IMG/VR virus record: IMGVR_UViG_3300027980_000082
Location: 1-31,034 of that record
From: a virus
Taxonomy: Duplodnaviria; Caudoviricetes
Strand: one strand, 5' to 3'
DNA length: 31,034 bases
Positions within the stretch are counted from its first letter, which is position 1, and every line of letters starts with the position of its first letter. This document shows, in pieces, positions 9,097-17,723 of the stretch. Below the pieces are notes generated by a model. The model saw only the letters and a list, made by a program, of their open reading frames with translations. It ran no database searches and had not been told where the DNA came from. Made by a program: the position numbers and the translations under genes.

Positions 9097-9797
9097 GCTT
9101 TATACAGGGGATAATTGAAGAAGCAAATTTTGAATTGATCAGATCTAGAATTGCATCTATATTGACAGATGAATTTGCAAATCAGATTGCATTAAATCAA
9201 ACAGCTTTAAATGCTGAATTAGCAAAGCCAACACCAGATCCTGTTATTGTTGCACAATTAGAATTGAATTTATCAGCATTACCATCAAAAGTTTGGGAAG
9301 AAAGATTCAGAAGGCCGGAACCGAATGAATATTCAGAAGAACCATTGGTTAATGTCATTTTCACAAACTCACCATTGAATGAATTATCAAGTGTTTCTAG
9401 CCAAATAGGTGATTGTGTTTATCCGATTGAGGTATATGCAGGATCCAAAGCAGCAGAAAACGAAGATGATTTGCCTGGTGATCAAGTTGCATCAATTAAG
9501 CTTCAAAGATGTTTGGCAATTATTAGAGCTATTATCATGAATCCAAATTATCAAAGTTTAGGATTTGATTATAAAACTAGTCCTGTTGGAAAAGTTAATG
9601 CTAATAGTTTGCAAATAGGTCAACCGGATGATGGTGGTGACAATGCACAGAATGGGATCAGAGGACAGATAAATATTCAGGTTAAGATATCAGAAACAGT
9701 TGAACAAATTACAGGTGGATCTTTAACCCTTAGTGAAACCACTTTCAAACTGTTTGATTCAGAAAAGGGTTATTATTGGACTAACGAATCAAATTAA
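9093..9797 (+). CDS. Putative tail completion/terminator protein
   Basis: Position directly before sheath; FELIRSRIASIL N-terminal helix. Confidence 0.5.
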   Translation: MSFIQGIIEEANFELIRSRIASILTDEFANQIALNQTALNAELAKPTPDPVIVAQLELNLSALPSKVWEERFRRPEPNEYSEEPLVNVIFTNSPLNELSSVSSQIGDCVYPIEVYAGSKAAENEDDLPGDQVASIKLQRCLAIIRAIIMNPNYQSLGFDYKTSPVGKVNANSLQIGQPDDGGDNAQNGIRGQINIQVKISETVEQITGGSLTLSETTFKLFDSEKGYYWTNESN

Positions 9798-9799
9798 TT

Positions 9800-11323
9800 A
9801 TGGCAGCAATAAGCACATCAGTAGATTTGAACAGGGTATCAGCTATAGTTGGTTATGAAATACAAGCCACATTAGAAGGTATTAAAGCGGGTAATTTACC
9901 GCAAAGAATCGGAGTTTTGGCAGAAGCCAATTCATTAAACCAGTCAGGATTACCAAATTCATTAAACTTTACTACTTCAAAAGAAGTTGGTGAAATAATG
10001 GGTTATGGTTCACCGGCATATCAGATTGCACGGATATTAAGACCAATATCTGGTGATTTGCTTGGTGGTATTCCTACGGTTATTTATCCAGTTGTTGAAG
10101 ATGGTACGCCAACGGTTACAACATCAACAATAGCCATCACTGGCACTGCATCCAAAACAGCAACACACAAATTGATTATCAACGGACGCGAACAGGTTGA
10201 TGGTGCAAATTATTCTTTTGTTGTTGAAAAGGATGATGCACCTGCAGCAGTTGCACAAAAGATAATTGATACAGTTAATGCAGTACTAGGTGCACCAGCA
10301 ATTGGAACTTTGTCAACAAATGATGCTGTATTAACCTCAAAATGGAAAGGTTTAACATCTGCAGAATTGAATGTTGTAATTGACCAACAAGGAGAGGCAG
10401 CAGGTTTAGATTATGCAGTTGTTAATGTTGATGGTGCCGGAACACCTTCAATTGCAACAGCACTTGGAAATCTTGGTGATGAATGGACTACATTGTTAAT
10501 AAATGCAATTGGTACGGACACAACAACACTTGATGCACTTGAAGGTGTCAATGGTGATCCAAATGCCAAAACAGGACGATATGAACCAACATTCTTTAAA
10601 CCTTTTGTTGCTTTGGTTGGGTCCACATTAAGCACGTTAACCGGATTAACTGCAATCACAGATGCAAGAAAATCAGAAGTAACAAATGCAATTTGCCCTG
10701 CACCAAATTCAACTGGATTTAGTTTCGAGGCACCAGCAAATGTTGCATTCATTTATGGTAAGATTGCACAGGATACACCGCAATCAGATCCAATTAATCA
10801 ATTGTATCCTGATATGCCAACACCAGATGATATTGGTGAATTTTCAGATCCGTCAAAGCGTGATCAATTGGTTAAAGTCGGATCATCAACTGTAAAGATT
10901 AATTCAAGCCGTTATCAAATTGTTGATTTAGTTACAACTTATCATCCAGATGAAGAACCAGCTACAGCAACATTGTTTAGATGGGTTCGTGATTTGGTTG
11001 GATTAGATTGGAACATTAAATACTCTTATTCATTAGAGGAAGAAATTTTTGTTGTTGGTAAAACAATAATTCCAAATGGAAAAACTGTTTCAGCAGCGAA
11101 CACAATTTCACCAGACAGATGGAAAGCAAGGTTGAATGGTTTAGCTGATGAATTAGAAGATCGTGCATTAATTGCAGATGCAAAATTCATGAAGGAATCA
11201 TTACAGGTGCAAATAGGTGAATCAAATCCAAATAGATTTGAAACAACCTTTAAGGCTCAAAGAACAGGCATTGCACGTGTACTTGCAACCACTAATCAAA
11301 CATTATTTAAATTTGGAGGATAA
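9800..11323 (+). CDS. Contractile tail sheath (Mu gpL-like)
   Basis: 507 aa; MGYGSPA, LTSKWKG, LVTTYH and NPNRF motifs. Confidence 0.88.
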   Translation: MAAISTSVDLNRVSAIVGYEIQATLEGIKAGNLPQRIGVLAEANSLNQSGLPNSLNFTTSKEVGEIMGYGSPAYQIARILRPISGDLLGGIPTVIYPVVEDGTPTVTTSTIAITGTASKTATHKLIINGREQVDGANYSFVVEKDDAPAAVAQKIIDTVNAVLGAPAIGTLSTNDAVLTSKWKGLTSAELNVVIDQQGEAAGLDYAVVNVDGAGTPSIATALGNLGDEWTTLLINAIGTDTTTLDALEGVNGDPNAKTGRYEPTFFKPFVALVGSTLSTLTGLTAITDARKSEVTNAICPAPNSTGFSFEAPANVAFIYGKIAQDTPQSDPINQLYPDMPTPDDIGEFSDPSKRDQLVKVGSSTVKINSSRYQIVDLVTTYHPDEEPATATLFRWVRDLVGLDWNIKYSYSLEEEIFVVGKTIIPNGKTVSAANTISPDRWKARLNGLADELEDRALIADAKFMKESLQVQIGESNPNRFETTFKAQRTGIARVLATTNQTLFKFGG

Positions 11324-11328
11324 GAGCT

Positions 11329-11724
11329 ATGATAAAAGCAGGTGATTTAAAAGAATTATCATGTGAACATACTGAACTTGGTTCAAGAGTATTCGAGCCA
11401 AAAAGCGGTGAAGATCATAACATGATGCCCGGAGGTTTTAAACAAAATGATGATGATGGTAACATTACATCAGCAGGGCAGCGAATAGGACAACAAAACC
11501 GTTATCCTTGGTCGTTAGAACCAACAATTGGAGCAATTGAAGGTGATATTGATTACTTACAAGCATGTTCTGAAAGCTCATTGGAGGGCCAATGGACAGC
11601 AGTATTCGCCAATGGTGAGACGCGCACCGGTCGCGGAATGCCTGTTGGAGATTTGACGGAAAACAGAAACGCAGGTTCAATTGGCTTTAAATTGGCCGGA
11701 TCTGGAAGATTTGAATTAATTTAA
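11329..11724 (+). CDS. Tail tube protein
   Basis: 131 aa beta-rich protein following sheath. Confidence 0.75.
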   Translation: MIKAGDLKELSCEHTELGSRVFEPKSGEDHNMMPGGFKQNDDDGNITSAGQRIGQQNRYPWSLEPTIGAIEGDIDYLQACSESSLEGQWTAVFANGETRTGRGMPVGDLTENRNAGSIGFKLAGSGRFELI

Positions 11725-11736
11725 TACAATTACCCC

Positions 11737-12213
11737 ATGGAAAAACAGTTGATTAATAAACAGAATGAATTGCCAAAAGGAGCTGTGATGGCAAAAGAAG
11801 TTGCTGAAAAAGAATTAGAAGCGTGGTTTGATTATAGACGCGTAAAAGAAAAGGTACGTAATAACCCTGATGAAAATTTGGGTTATGACGTTACCAGAGA
11901 AGCTTTAGTTGATGGATTTATGTATGGTTTTTTAAGGTTTGATTCAGAAACAGGTGTTTTAATACAGTCATTAGAATGGCCTGTTGAAAATGAATCAAAA
12001 GAAGTGATATTAAAAGAGTTAAATTGGAAGCCACGCATTAAAGAGCGCGAATTAACAGAACCAATGAAGGGTGTGAAAGCAACGGATACTAATGGACGTA
12101 TGAAAGCATATATTTCAGCTTATACTGGCGTAGTAAAAACAAAGCTTGGTGCATTGGATTTGGCTTCAGATTACGCATTGGCACAGTCAATTAATACATA
12201 TTTTTTGCTATAG
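11737..12213 (+). CDS. Tail assembly chaperone (G/E-like)
   Basis: Between tube and tape measure; ends at slippery T TTT TTG. Confidence 0.75.
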   Translation: MEKQLINKQNELPKGAVMAKEVAEKELEAWFDYRRVKEKVRNNPDENLGYDVTREALVDGFMYGFLRFDSETGVLIQSLEWPVENESKEVILKELNWKPRIKERELTEPMKGVKATDTNGRMKAYISAYTGVVKTKLGALDLASDYALAQSINTYFLL

Positions 12214-12377
12214 AGAGATATGAACTTGATAATGTTAGGGCTGTTATTGGCTTGCAAATGCACATGACGCCCTGGCAAATATCAAATTTATATCTTGATG
12301 ATCTGGATATGTATGGCATCTATTGGTGGGCATCTAAAATAGATGAAGAAAATTCTAAAATTAAACCTAAAAAATAA
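11737..12377 (+). CDS. -1 frameshift-extended tail chaperone (GT/E+E'-like)
   Basis: TTTTTTG at 12201-12207; -1 frame open 12204-12377 (FAIERYELDNVRAVIGLQMHMTPWQISNLYLDDLDMYGIYWWASKI...KPKK*), ending 8 nt before the tape measure ATG. Confidence 0.8.
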
Positions 12378-12385
12378 ATTCTGAT

Positions 12386-14257
12386 ATGGGTGCAACATAT
12401 ACAGCATCAGCAGTATTTAAGGCCGTAGACAAAGTGAGTGGCATTATGTCCAAAATGTCACGTTCAACACAGTCATTTGCAAAAAGATCCGAATTAGCTT
12501 TTGCACGCATTGAAATGCAATCCAGAAGGCTAACGAAGCGATTTAACAAATTAACAGGTGTTGTTGGGAAACTTGGTTTAGGCTTTGGTGCATTAATGAT
12601 TGCACAACAGATTGCAATAGCAAACACAGAACTTGATGCAAGCCTTGCAAGCTTATCAGCCATAACAGGAAAAACTGGTGAACAATTTGTTGCATTTGAA
12701 AAACAAGTTGACGCCGTTTCAAAATCACAAAAAGCCTTTGCAGGAGACACTGCAAAGGCTTTTGAGGTTGTGGCAAGTGCACAGCCAATACTACTTGAAA
12801 ATGCTGATGCTTTAGGAAAAGTAACAGAAGCTTCATTGATATTGGCAAAAGCATCAGGTGATGAACTTGCACAATCAGCTTTATCATTAACCGGTGTAAT
12901 GAACCAGTTCAATCTGGAAGCAAAAGATTCATCAAGGGTAATGAATGTGTTAGCTGCAGGATCTGTTGCAGGTTCTGCAAATATTTCAAACGTTGCTGCA
13001 TCAATGAAAAACTTCGGTGCTGTTGCAAATGCTGCAAATATATCTGTTGAAAAATCCGTTGCATTAGTTGAAGTAATGGGATCCAAATCAATCTTCGCTG
13101 AAGAAGCAGGAACAAAACTACGCGGTGCAATTTTAAAACTTCAAAAAGCTGGCGTTGGTTATGAAAGTGGATTATTCAACATTAATGATGCATTGACAGA
13201 AGCAAAAAGCAAACTTGATACTTTTGCAACTGCACAACAAAAAGATGCTTTTCTATTAAAAACATTTGGGGCTCAGAATATAACAACAGGTCAGATATTA
13301 TTAGGCAACATTGCAAAGTTTGAAAGTTTAACAAAAGCAGTTACAGGAACAAATACAGCATTTGAACAAGCTGATATAAAATCAAACACATTGCAGAATC
13401 GATTAACTGAAGTGCAATCTGCATTTAAAAATGCTGTAACATCTACCAATTCAGAAAATCAAGCATTAGAAAGTTTAAAAAAGATATTAGTGTTGGTTGC
13501 TGATAATATGGATAAAATAATTGCTACTGTAATATTGGCTGTAAAAGCGTTTGTTTTATACAAAGCTGTTGTTATAGGTGCGATTGTTGCGCAAAAAGCA
13601 CTATTAGCAGTAATTGCAATTGCAAAGTTTGCAAAGTTTATAAAAATCATCATGCTGATGGCTAAGGCTAAAGGAATATGGACGGCTGCACAATGGGCGT
13701 TAAATGTTGCTTTAAATGCAAATCCAATTGGTTTAATTATAATTGCAATTGCAGCTTTGATTGGTATTGTGATATTAGTTATTAAGAAGTGGGAAACATG
13801 GGGTGGTGTTATATCATTAATGATGGGGCCGTTGGGATTTGTCATTTCATTAATACAATCATTCAGGAAAAATTGGGATTTAGTAAAGGCATCATTTTCA
13901 CAAGGTGGAATGTTAAAGGGATTAATAACAATTGGAAAAGTGATACTAGATGCAATCTTACTTCCTATTCAAAAAGTGCTGGAATTACTTGGAAAAATAC
14001 CGGGCTTAGATATTGCATCAACCGGGGCGCAAAACATTGAAGCTTTTAGGAATCGATTGTTTGAACAAGAAAGAGCATTAACGGGTGATCAGGAAGGATT
14101 GCAAACAACAAATGCAACAGTTGCACAGGAAAACATTAAAAGAGAAGAACGGATAAGCAAGCAAACAGCAACGCTGAATATTAATAATAACACTGGATTG
14201 AATACATCACTGGATAATCCACAAGGTGCAGCAATTCAACTATCAACAACAAACTGA
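12386..14257 (+). CDS. Tail tape measure protein (TP901-type core)
   Basis: Ala-rich helical protein; AEEAGTKLR and WALNVALNANPIGLII motifs. Confidence 0.92.
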   Translation: MGATYTASAVFKAVDKVSGIMSKMSRSTQSFAKRSELAFARIEMQSRRLTKRFNKLTGVVGKLGLGFGALMIAQQIAIANTELDASLASLSAITGKTGEQFVAFEKQVDAVSKSQKAFAGDTAKAFEVVASAQPILLENADALGKVTEASLILAKASGDELAQSALSLTGVMNQFNLEAKDSSRVMNVLAAGSVAGSANISNVAASMKNFGAVANAANISVEKSVALVEVMGSKSIFAEEAGTKLRGAILKLQKAGVGYESGLFNINDALTEAKSKLDTFATAQQKDAFLLKTFGAQNITTGQILLGNIAKFESLTKAVTGTNTAFEQADIKSNTLQNRLTEVQSAFKNAVTSTNSENQALESLKKILVLVADNMDKIIATVILAVKAFVLYKAVVIGAIVAQKALLAVIAIAKFAKFIKIIMLMAKAKGIWTAAQWALNVALNANPIGLIIIAIAALIGIVILVIKKWETWGGVISLMMGPLGFVISLIQSFRKNWDLVKASFSQGGMLKGLITIGKVILDAILLPIQKVLELLGKIPGLDIASTGAQNIEAFRNRLFEQERALTGDQEGLQTTNATVAQENIKREERISKQTATLNINNNTGLNTSLDNPQGAAIQLSTTN

Positions 14258-14258
14258 T

Positions 14259-14726
14259 ATGCTAAACAATACTTTATTTGAAGATGGTAATGGGGGTCAA
14301 TTGGTATTGCGAAACAATGAAATTTTGCAAACAAGATCGCTTGCAACGCTTGCATATATTTTAATGTTTGGCGGAAATGTCAATGCAAGTACACAAAAGG
14401 AAAATGCACCAGGTGAATTAAAGTATGATTGGTGGGGCAATGATCCTAATTTACCTTCAGAGACATGGATTAATTCAAAAACAGAAAAAACATTAAGGGG
14501 GATTGAATTAACAAGCAGCACAAGGTTTACGATTCAACAAGCTGTTCAAGATGATATTGCATCATTAAGTCAATATGGTGAAACAAGTGTTGATGTATCT
14601 TTTGTATCTTTGAATAGAGTGAAAATAGTTATTACAATATCAGAACCAAGTATTGTTAATGATAGTCGCTTAACACTTGTTTGGGATGCAACGAGAAATG
14701 AAATAATTGAAAAAAACATACTATAA
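14259..14726 (+). CDS. Baseplate wedge/sheath initiator, Mu gp46-like
   Basis: LMFGGN...WWGN...NSKTE motif; ATG at 14259 right after the tape measure stop. Confidence 0.75.
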   Translation: MLNNTLFEDGNGGQLVLRNNEILQTRSLATLAYILMFGGNVNASTQKENAPGELKYDWWGNDPNLPSETWINSKTEKTLRGIELTSSTRFTIQQAVQDDIASLSQYGETSVDVSFVSLNRVKIVITISEPSIVNDSRLTLVWDATRNEIIEKNIL

Positions 14727-15922
14727 TGGGTGTACAAATTCCAACATTACAAGAATTAACAGATCAGATTTTAAATGATATTGCAACAGAATTTGATGTT
14801 GATGTTTCTGAATTGGGCACAACTTACACTGTACCTGCAAAAGTGCAAGCTGCATTAATATATCAACAATATTTAGCATTAAGTGGTGTTCAGAAAAATA
14901 TCTTCTATGATCTGGCTGAAGAATCAGTGTTGATAAGATACGGTGAAATAATACTTGGAAGAAGACCAGCACCTGCAGAAGCTGGTGAATACAATGTTGA
15001 AGTTACCGGGCAAGTTGGCGCCACTATTCCTGCAGGTACGCAATTCAGGGCCAACGATGATACATTGGCGGCTGGTGCATTGTTTATTGTGGATTCTGAT
15101 TTTGAATTGTTATCAACAACTGACACATTATCAATACGCGCATTAGAAGCAGGTACAGATTCAGCATTGGTTGTTGACAATGAATTAACAGCAACGGCAC
15201 CAATTGTTAATGTGAATAGTGAAGTAATAGTTACATTAATCACAAAAACACCAGTTGCTGCAGAATCGATTAGTAATTACAGAGCAGATGTTATTGAACA
15301 GGCACAAATTGAACCACAGGGTGGAAGCCCTGGTGATTATCGTTTATGGTGTTCAGAAATACCAGAAATAAGAAATTCATTTGCCTATGCAAAGTTTGGA
15401 AGTCCTGGTGATATTGAAATTTACATTGAAGCAACAGCAGAAAACACAGCACCAGCAGAAATAAGAGGTGTACCAACACAGGCAACTATTGATGAAGTTT
15501 ATTTGAATAATGGTGTGGATCCGGAAAGCGGAATTGTTGTAATTAATCCAATAACAGGAAAAGGAAGAAAGCCAATAGGCGTATTTACAATTAATCCATT
15601 ACCAGTTAACCCAATTAAAGTTGATTTAAAATTCACTGATTTATCAGATGAATCTATTGCACCAACAATAAGAACAACAGTTGATGCATTGTTGTATGAA
15701 ATAAGGCCATTTGTTGCGGGTGCTGATTTAGCAATTAATAAAAATGATACTTTAACAATTGGGCAAATTATCGCTGCAGTAATAACGGTGTTAGCTGGAA
15801 CAGGTATCACATACACAAATTTATTAATGGATGTTGATGGAACTGAGGTTTCAATTTTTCAGTTTTTATTAGGCAATTACCCATATTTAGGTGAAATTAG
15901 AAATAACGGAAATCCAATATAA
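14726..15922 (+). CDS. Baseplate J/gp47-like wedge protein
   Basis: GATIPAGTQF, IRALEAG, ESISNYR and PQGGSPGDYRLW motifs. Confidence 0.88.
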   Translation: MGVQIPTLQELTDQILNDIATEFDVDVSELGTTYTVPAKVQAALIYQQYLALSGVQKNIFYDLAEESVLIRYGEIILGRRPAPAEAGEYNVEVTGQVGATIPAGTQFRANDDTLAAGALFIVDSDFELLSTTDTLSIRALEAGTDSALVVDNELTATAPIVNVNSEVIVTLITKTPVAAESISNYRADVIEQAQIEPQGGSPGDYRLWCSEIPEIRNSFAYAKFGSPGDIEIYIEATAENTAPAEIRGVPTQATIDEVYLNNGVDPESGIVVINPITGKGRKPIGVFTINPLPVNPIKVDLKFTDLSDESIAPTIRTTVDALLYEIRPFVAGADLAINKNDTLTIGQIIAAVITVLAGTGITYTNLLMDVDGTEVSIFQFLLGNYPYLGEIRNNGNPI

Positions 15923-16734
15923 TGGTTGATGTAAGTAAGCAAATAAAAGAACTAAACAAACAACTTTACCCAACAGGCCGTGCATGGGGTTATGTTCATG
16001 GATCGGAACAATCCGAAACTATTGTAACACGTTTCGTTGATGGGATAGGCAATCCGTTCGTTGATGGGTTGGGCAATGCTTTTATTCAAACATTTGGATC
16101 AGAAGCATCACCATCAAAAAGATTGGTCAATGCATTTCTAAAATCACATGAAAGATACTATGTTGATTTGCTTTCATTACTAAATGAGCTATTAGCAGAT
16201 AATGATGGCTTTGATGCTATTGATGCTAGTAATTGGGAAAGAGTGTTTGGTTTAATTTCAACAGGCTTAACATTAGATGAACGTAAAGCGAATATATTAA
16301 GAAGACAAGCATATCCATCAGGCGTTGAAGAACGTGGTAATTATTTATTAATCCAGGATGAATTGCAAAAAGCAGGATTTAATGTTTACCTAACAGAAAA
16401 CAGATTTGCAGACGGTGCAGGATGGGAAGTACAAACACCAACTTTGCCATTTACACTTTGTGCTAATTACATTGATGAATCATTAGATGCAACTTATTTT
16501 GACAACATTTTTTCATCATCAGAAATGGGTATTGCAGAAAGTGGTGTTGCAGAAATGGAATTTTTGGAACAACCACCAACAGACATTCAACTACGACAAA
16601 CATTTTTCATTGGGGGGTCATCTTTTCCTAGTACTGTAAATGTAGCATTAGTAAGAAAGGATGAATTCAGACAATTAATATTAAAATTAAAGCCGGCTCA
16701 AACAGTGGCATATTTGTATGTAAATTATATTTAA
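15922..16734 (+). CDS. Baseplate wedge protein, Mu gp48/YmfQ-like
   Basis: QLYPTGRAW, NWERVFGL, TLDERK and LKLKPAQT motifs. Confidence 0.82.
   Translation: MVDVSKQIKELNKQLYPTGRAWGYVHGSEQSETIVTRFVDGIGNPFVDGLGNAFIQTFGSEASPSKRLVNAFLKSHERYYVDLLSLLNELLADNDGFDAIDASNWERVFGLISTGLTLDERKANILRRQAYPSGVEERGNYLLIQDELQKAGFNVYLTENRFADGAGWEVQTPTLPFTLCANYIDESLDATYFDNIFSSSEMGIAESGVAEMEFLEQPPTDIQLRQTFFIGGSSFPSTVNVALVRKDEFRQLILKLKPAQTVAYLYVNYI
16033..16077 (+). repeat. 24-bp tandem duplication inside the gp48-like gene
   Basis: TTCGTTGATGGGATAGGCAAT / TTCGTTGATGGGTTGGGCAAT, encoding FVDGIGNP-FVDGLGNA. Confidence 0.8.
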
Positions 16735-16739
16735 ACGAT

Positions 16740-17324
16740 ATGAGAAAATTAACAGCTGCACAAAACGTTAATGCACCGAATGCTGATTATCCAAAAGGAA
16801 GAAGCAGAGATAAAACAGTAACCGAACCTGGTACAATATTTTCGGAAATATTGGCCGGTGATATTATTCAATTTTTTCAAAAATTGATAATAAGCGCATC
16901 AATAACAGAAAATGATTTACCTGATAATGTTACGAACGGGTATCAATTATTTGAAGCTTTGGTATATGCTATAAATGAGAATTTAAATGATAGCGGATGG
17001 ATTGACTTATTGCCCAGCGAAAAAGTCAACATGGTAGACGGCAAAGCAAAGCAAGTTGGAAAGGTGATAACTATAAAAGCCACATTTGATGTTACAGATC
17101 CAACAGGTGGAAGTATTACAATTTTTACATTGCCAGAAGGTATTGATGCGCCTATTATTGATGGAGTTGGAATACCTGGCTCAGCAGTTCAACAACAACA
17201 ACTTGGTTCACCTGTACCGCCTGTTGTAGTTAGAGCAAACAGTGATGGATCTTTAAGAGCAGTTCAAATTGAGGATTTTGTAACTGCAAAGACATACGGT
17301 TTATTTATAACATATGTTGTATAG
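16740..17324 (+). CDS. Short tail fibre/baseplate-anchored protein
   Basis: N-terminal PGT...DIIQFFQ...PDNVTNGYQLFEAL fibre-anchor-like segment; C-terminal DSGWIDL...GKVITI...IFTLPEG beta domain. Confidence 0.6.
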   Translation: MRKLTAAQNVNAPNADYPKGRSRDKTVTEPGTIFSEILAGDIIQFFQKLIISASITENDLPDNVTNGYQLFEALVYAINENLNDSGWIDLLPSEKVNMVDGKAKQVGKVITIKATFDVTDPTGGSITIFTLPEGIDAPIIDGVGIPGSAVQQQQLGSPVPPVVVRANSDGSLRAVQIEDFVTAKTYGLFITYVV

Positions 17325-17326
17325 AT

Positions 17327-17722
17327 ATGATAATAAGGAATAAATATATACCATTTAAAGGTTTTGATAGGATTGCAATTTATCCTTTCATATTCATCAA
17401 AACTAATTGTGTTTTAACTAATGAAAAGTTAAGGCATGAATTAATACATATAGAACAGCAGAAAGAAATGATTGCATTAGGGGTTTTAATGGCTGTTTTA
17501 TTGACTTTACTATTTGGATTCAATTACTGGTATGTATTAATAGCTTTAGGCTTGTTTTATGGGGTCTATATTGTTAATTGGGTATTTGAATTGATTAAGA
17601 TTCCATTTGAAGATAAAGAAGCATACAAAGATCTGTTATTTGAAAAGGAAGCAAAGCAGAATGAGAAAAACATTAATTACTTGAAGAATCGAACCCGCTT
17701 CGCGTGGATAAAATACATTTGA
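17327..17722 (+). CDS. HExxH zinc-metalloprotease-like membrane protein
   Basis: IYPFIF..., LRHELIHIEQQKE, two hydrophobic helices, AYKDLLFEKEA. Confidence 0.6.
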   Translation: MIIRNKYIPFKGFDRIAIYPFIFIKTNCVLTNEKLRHELIHIEQQKEMIALGVLMAVLLTLLFGFNYWYVLIALGLFYGVYIVNWVFELIKIPFEDKEAYKDLLFEKEAKQNEKNINYLKNRTRFAWIKYI

Positions 17723-17723
17723 T

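Noticed and set aside
12367-13845. Minus-strand ORFs of 239, 114, 73 and 128 aa
   Set aside because: Antisense shadows of the Ala-rich tape measure gene with no motifs or initiation regions
14226-14258. ORF-track upstream starts (also 1156, 3343, 25590, 27516)
   Set aside because: Non-ATG starts overlapping upstream genes or terminators; downstream in-frame ATGs give tight coupling
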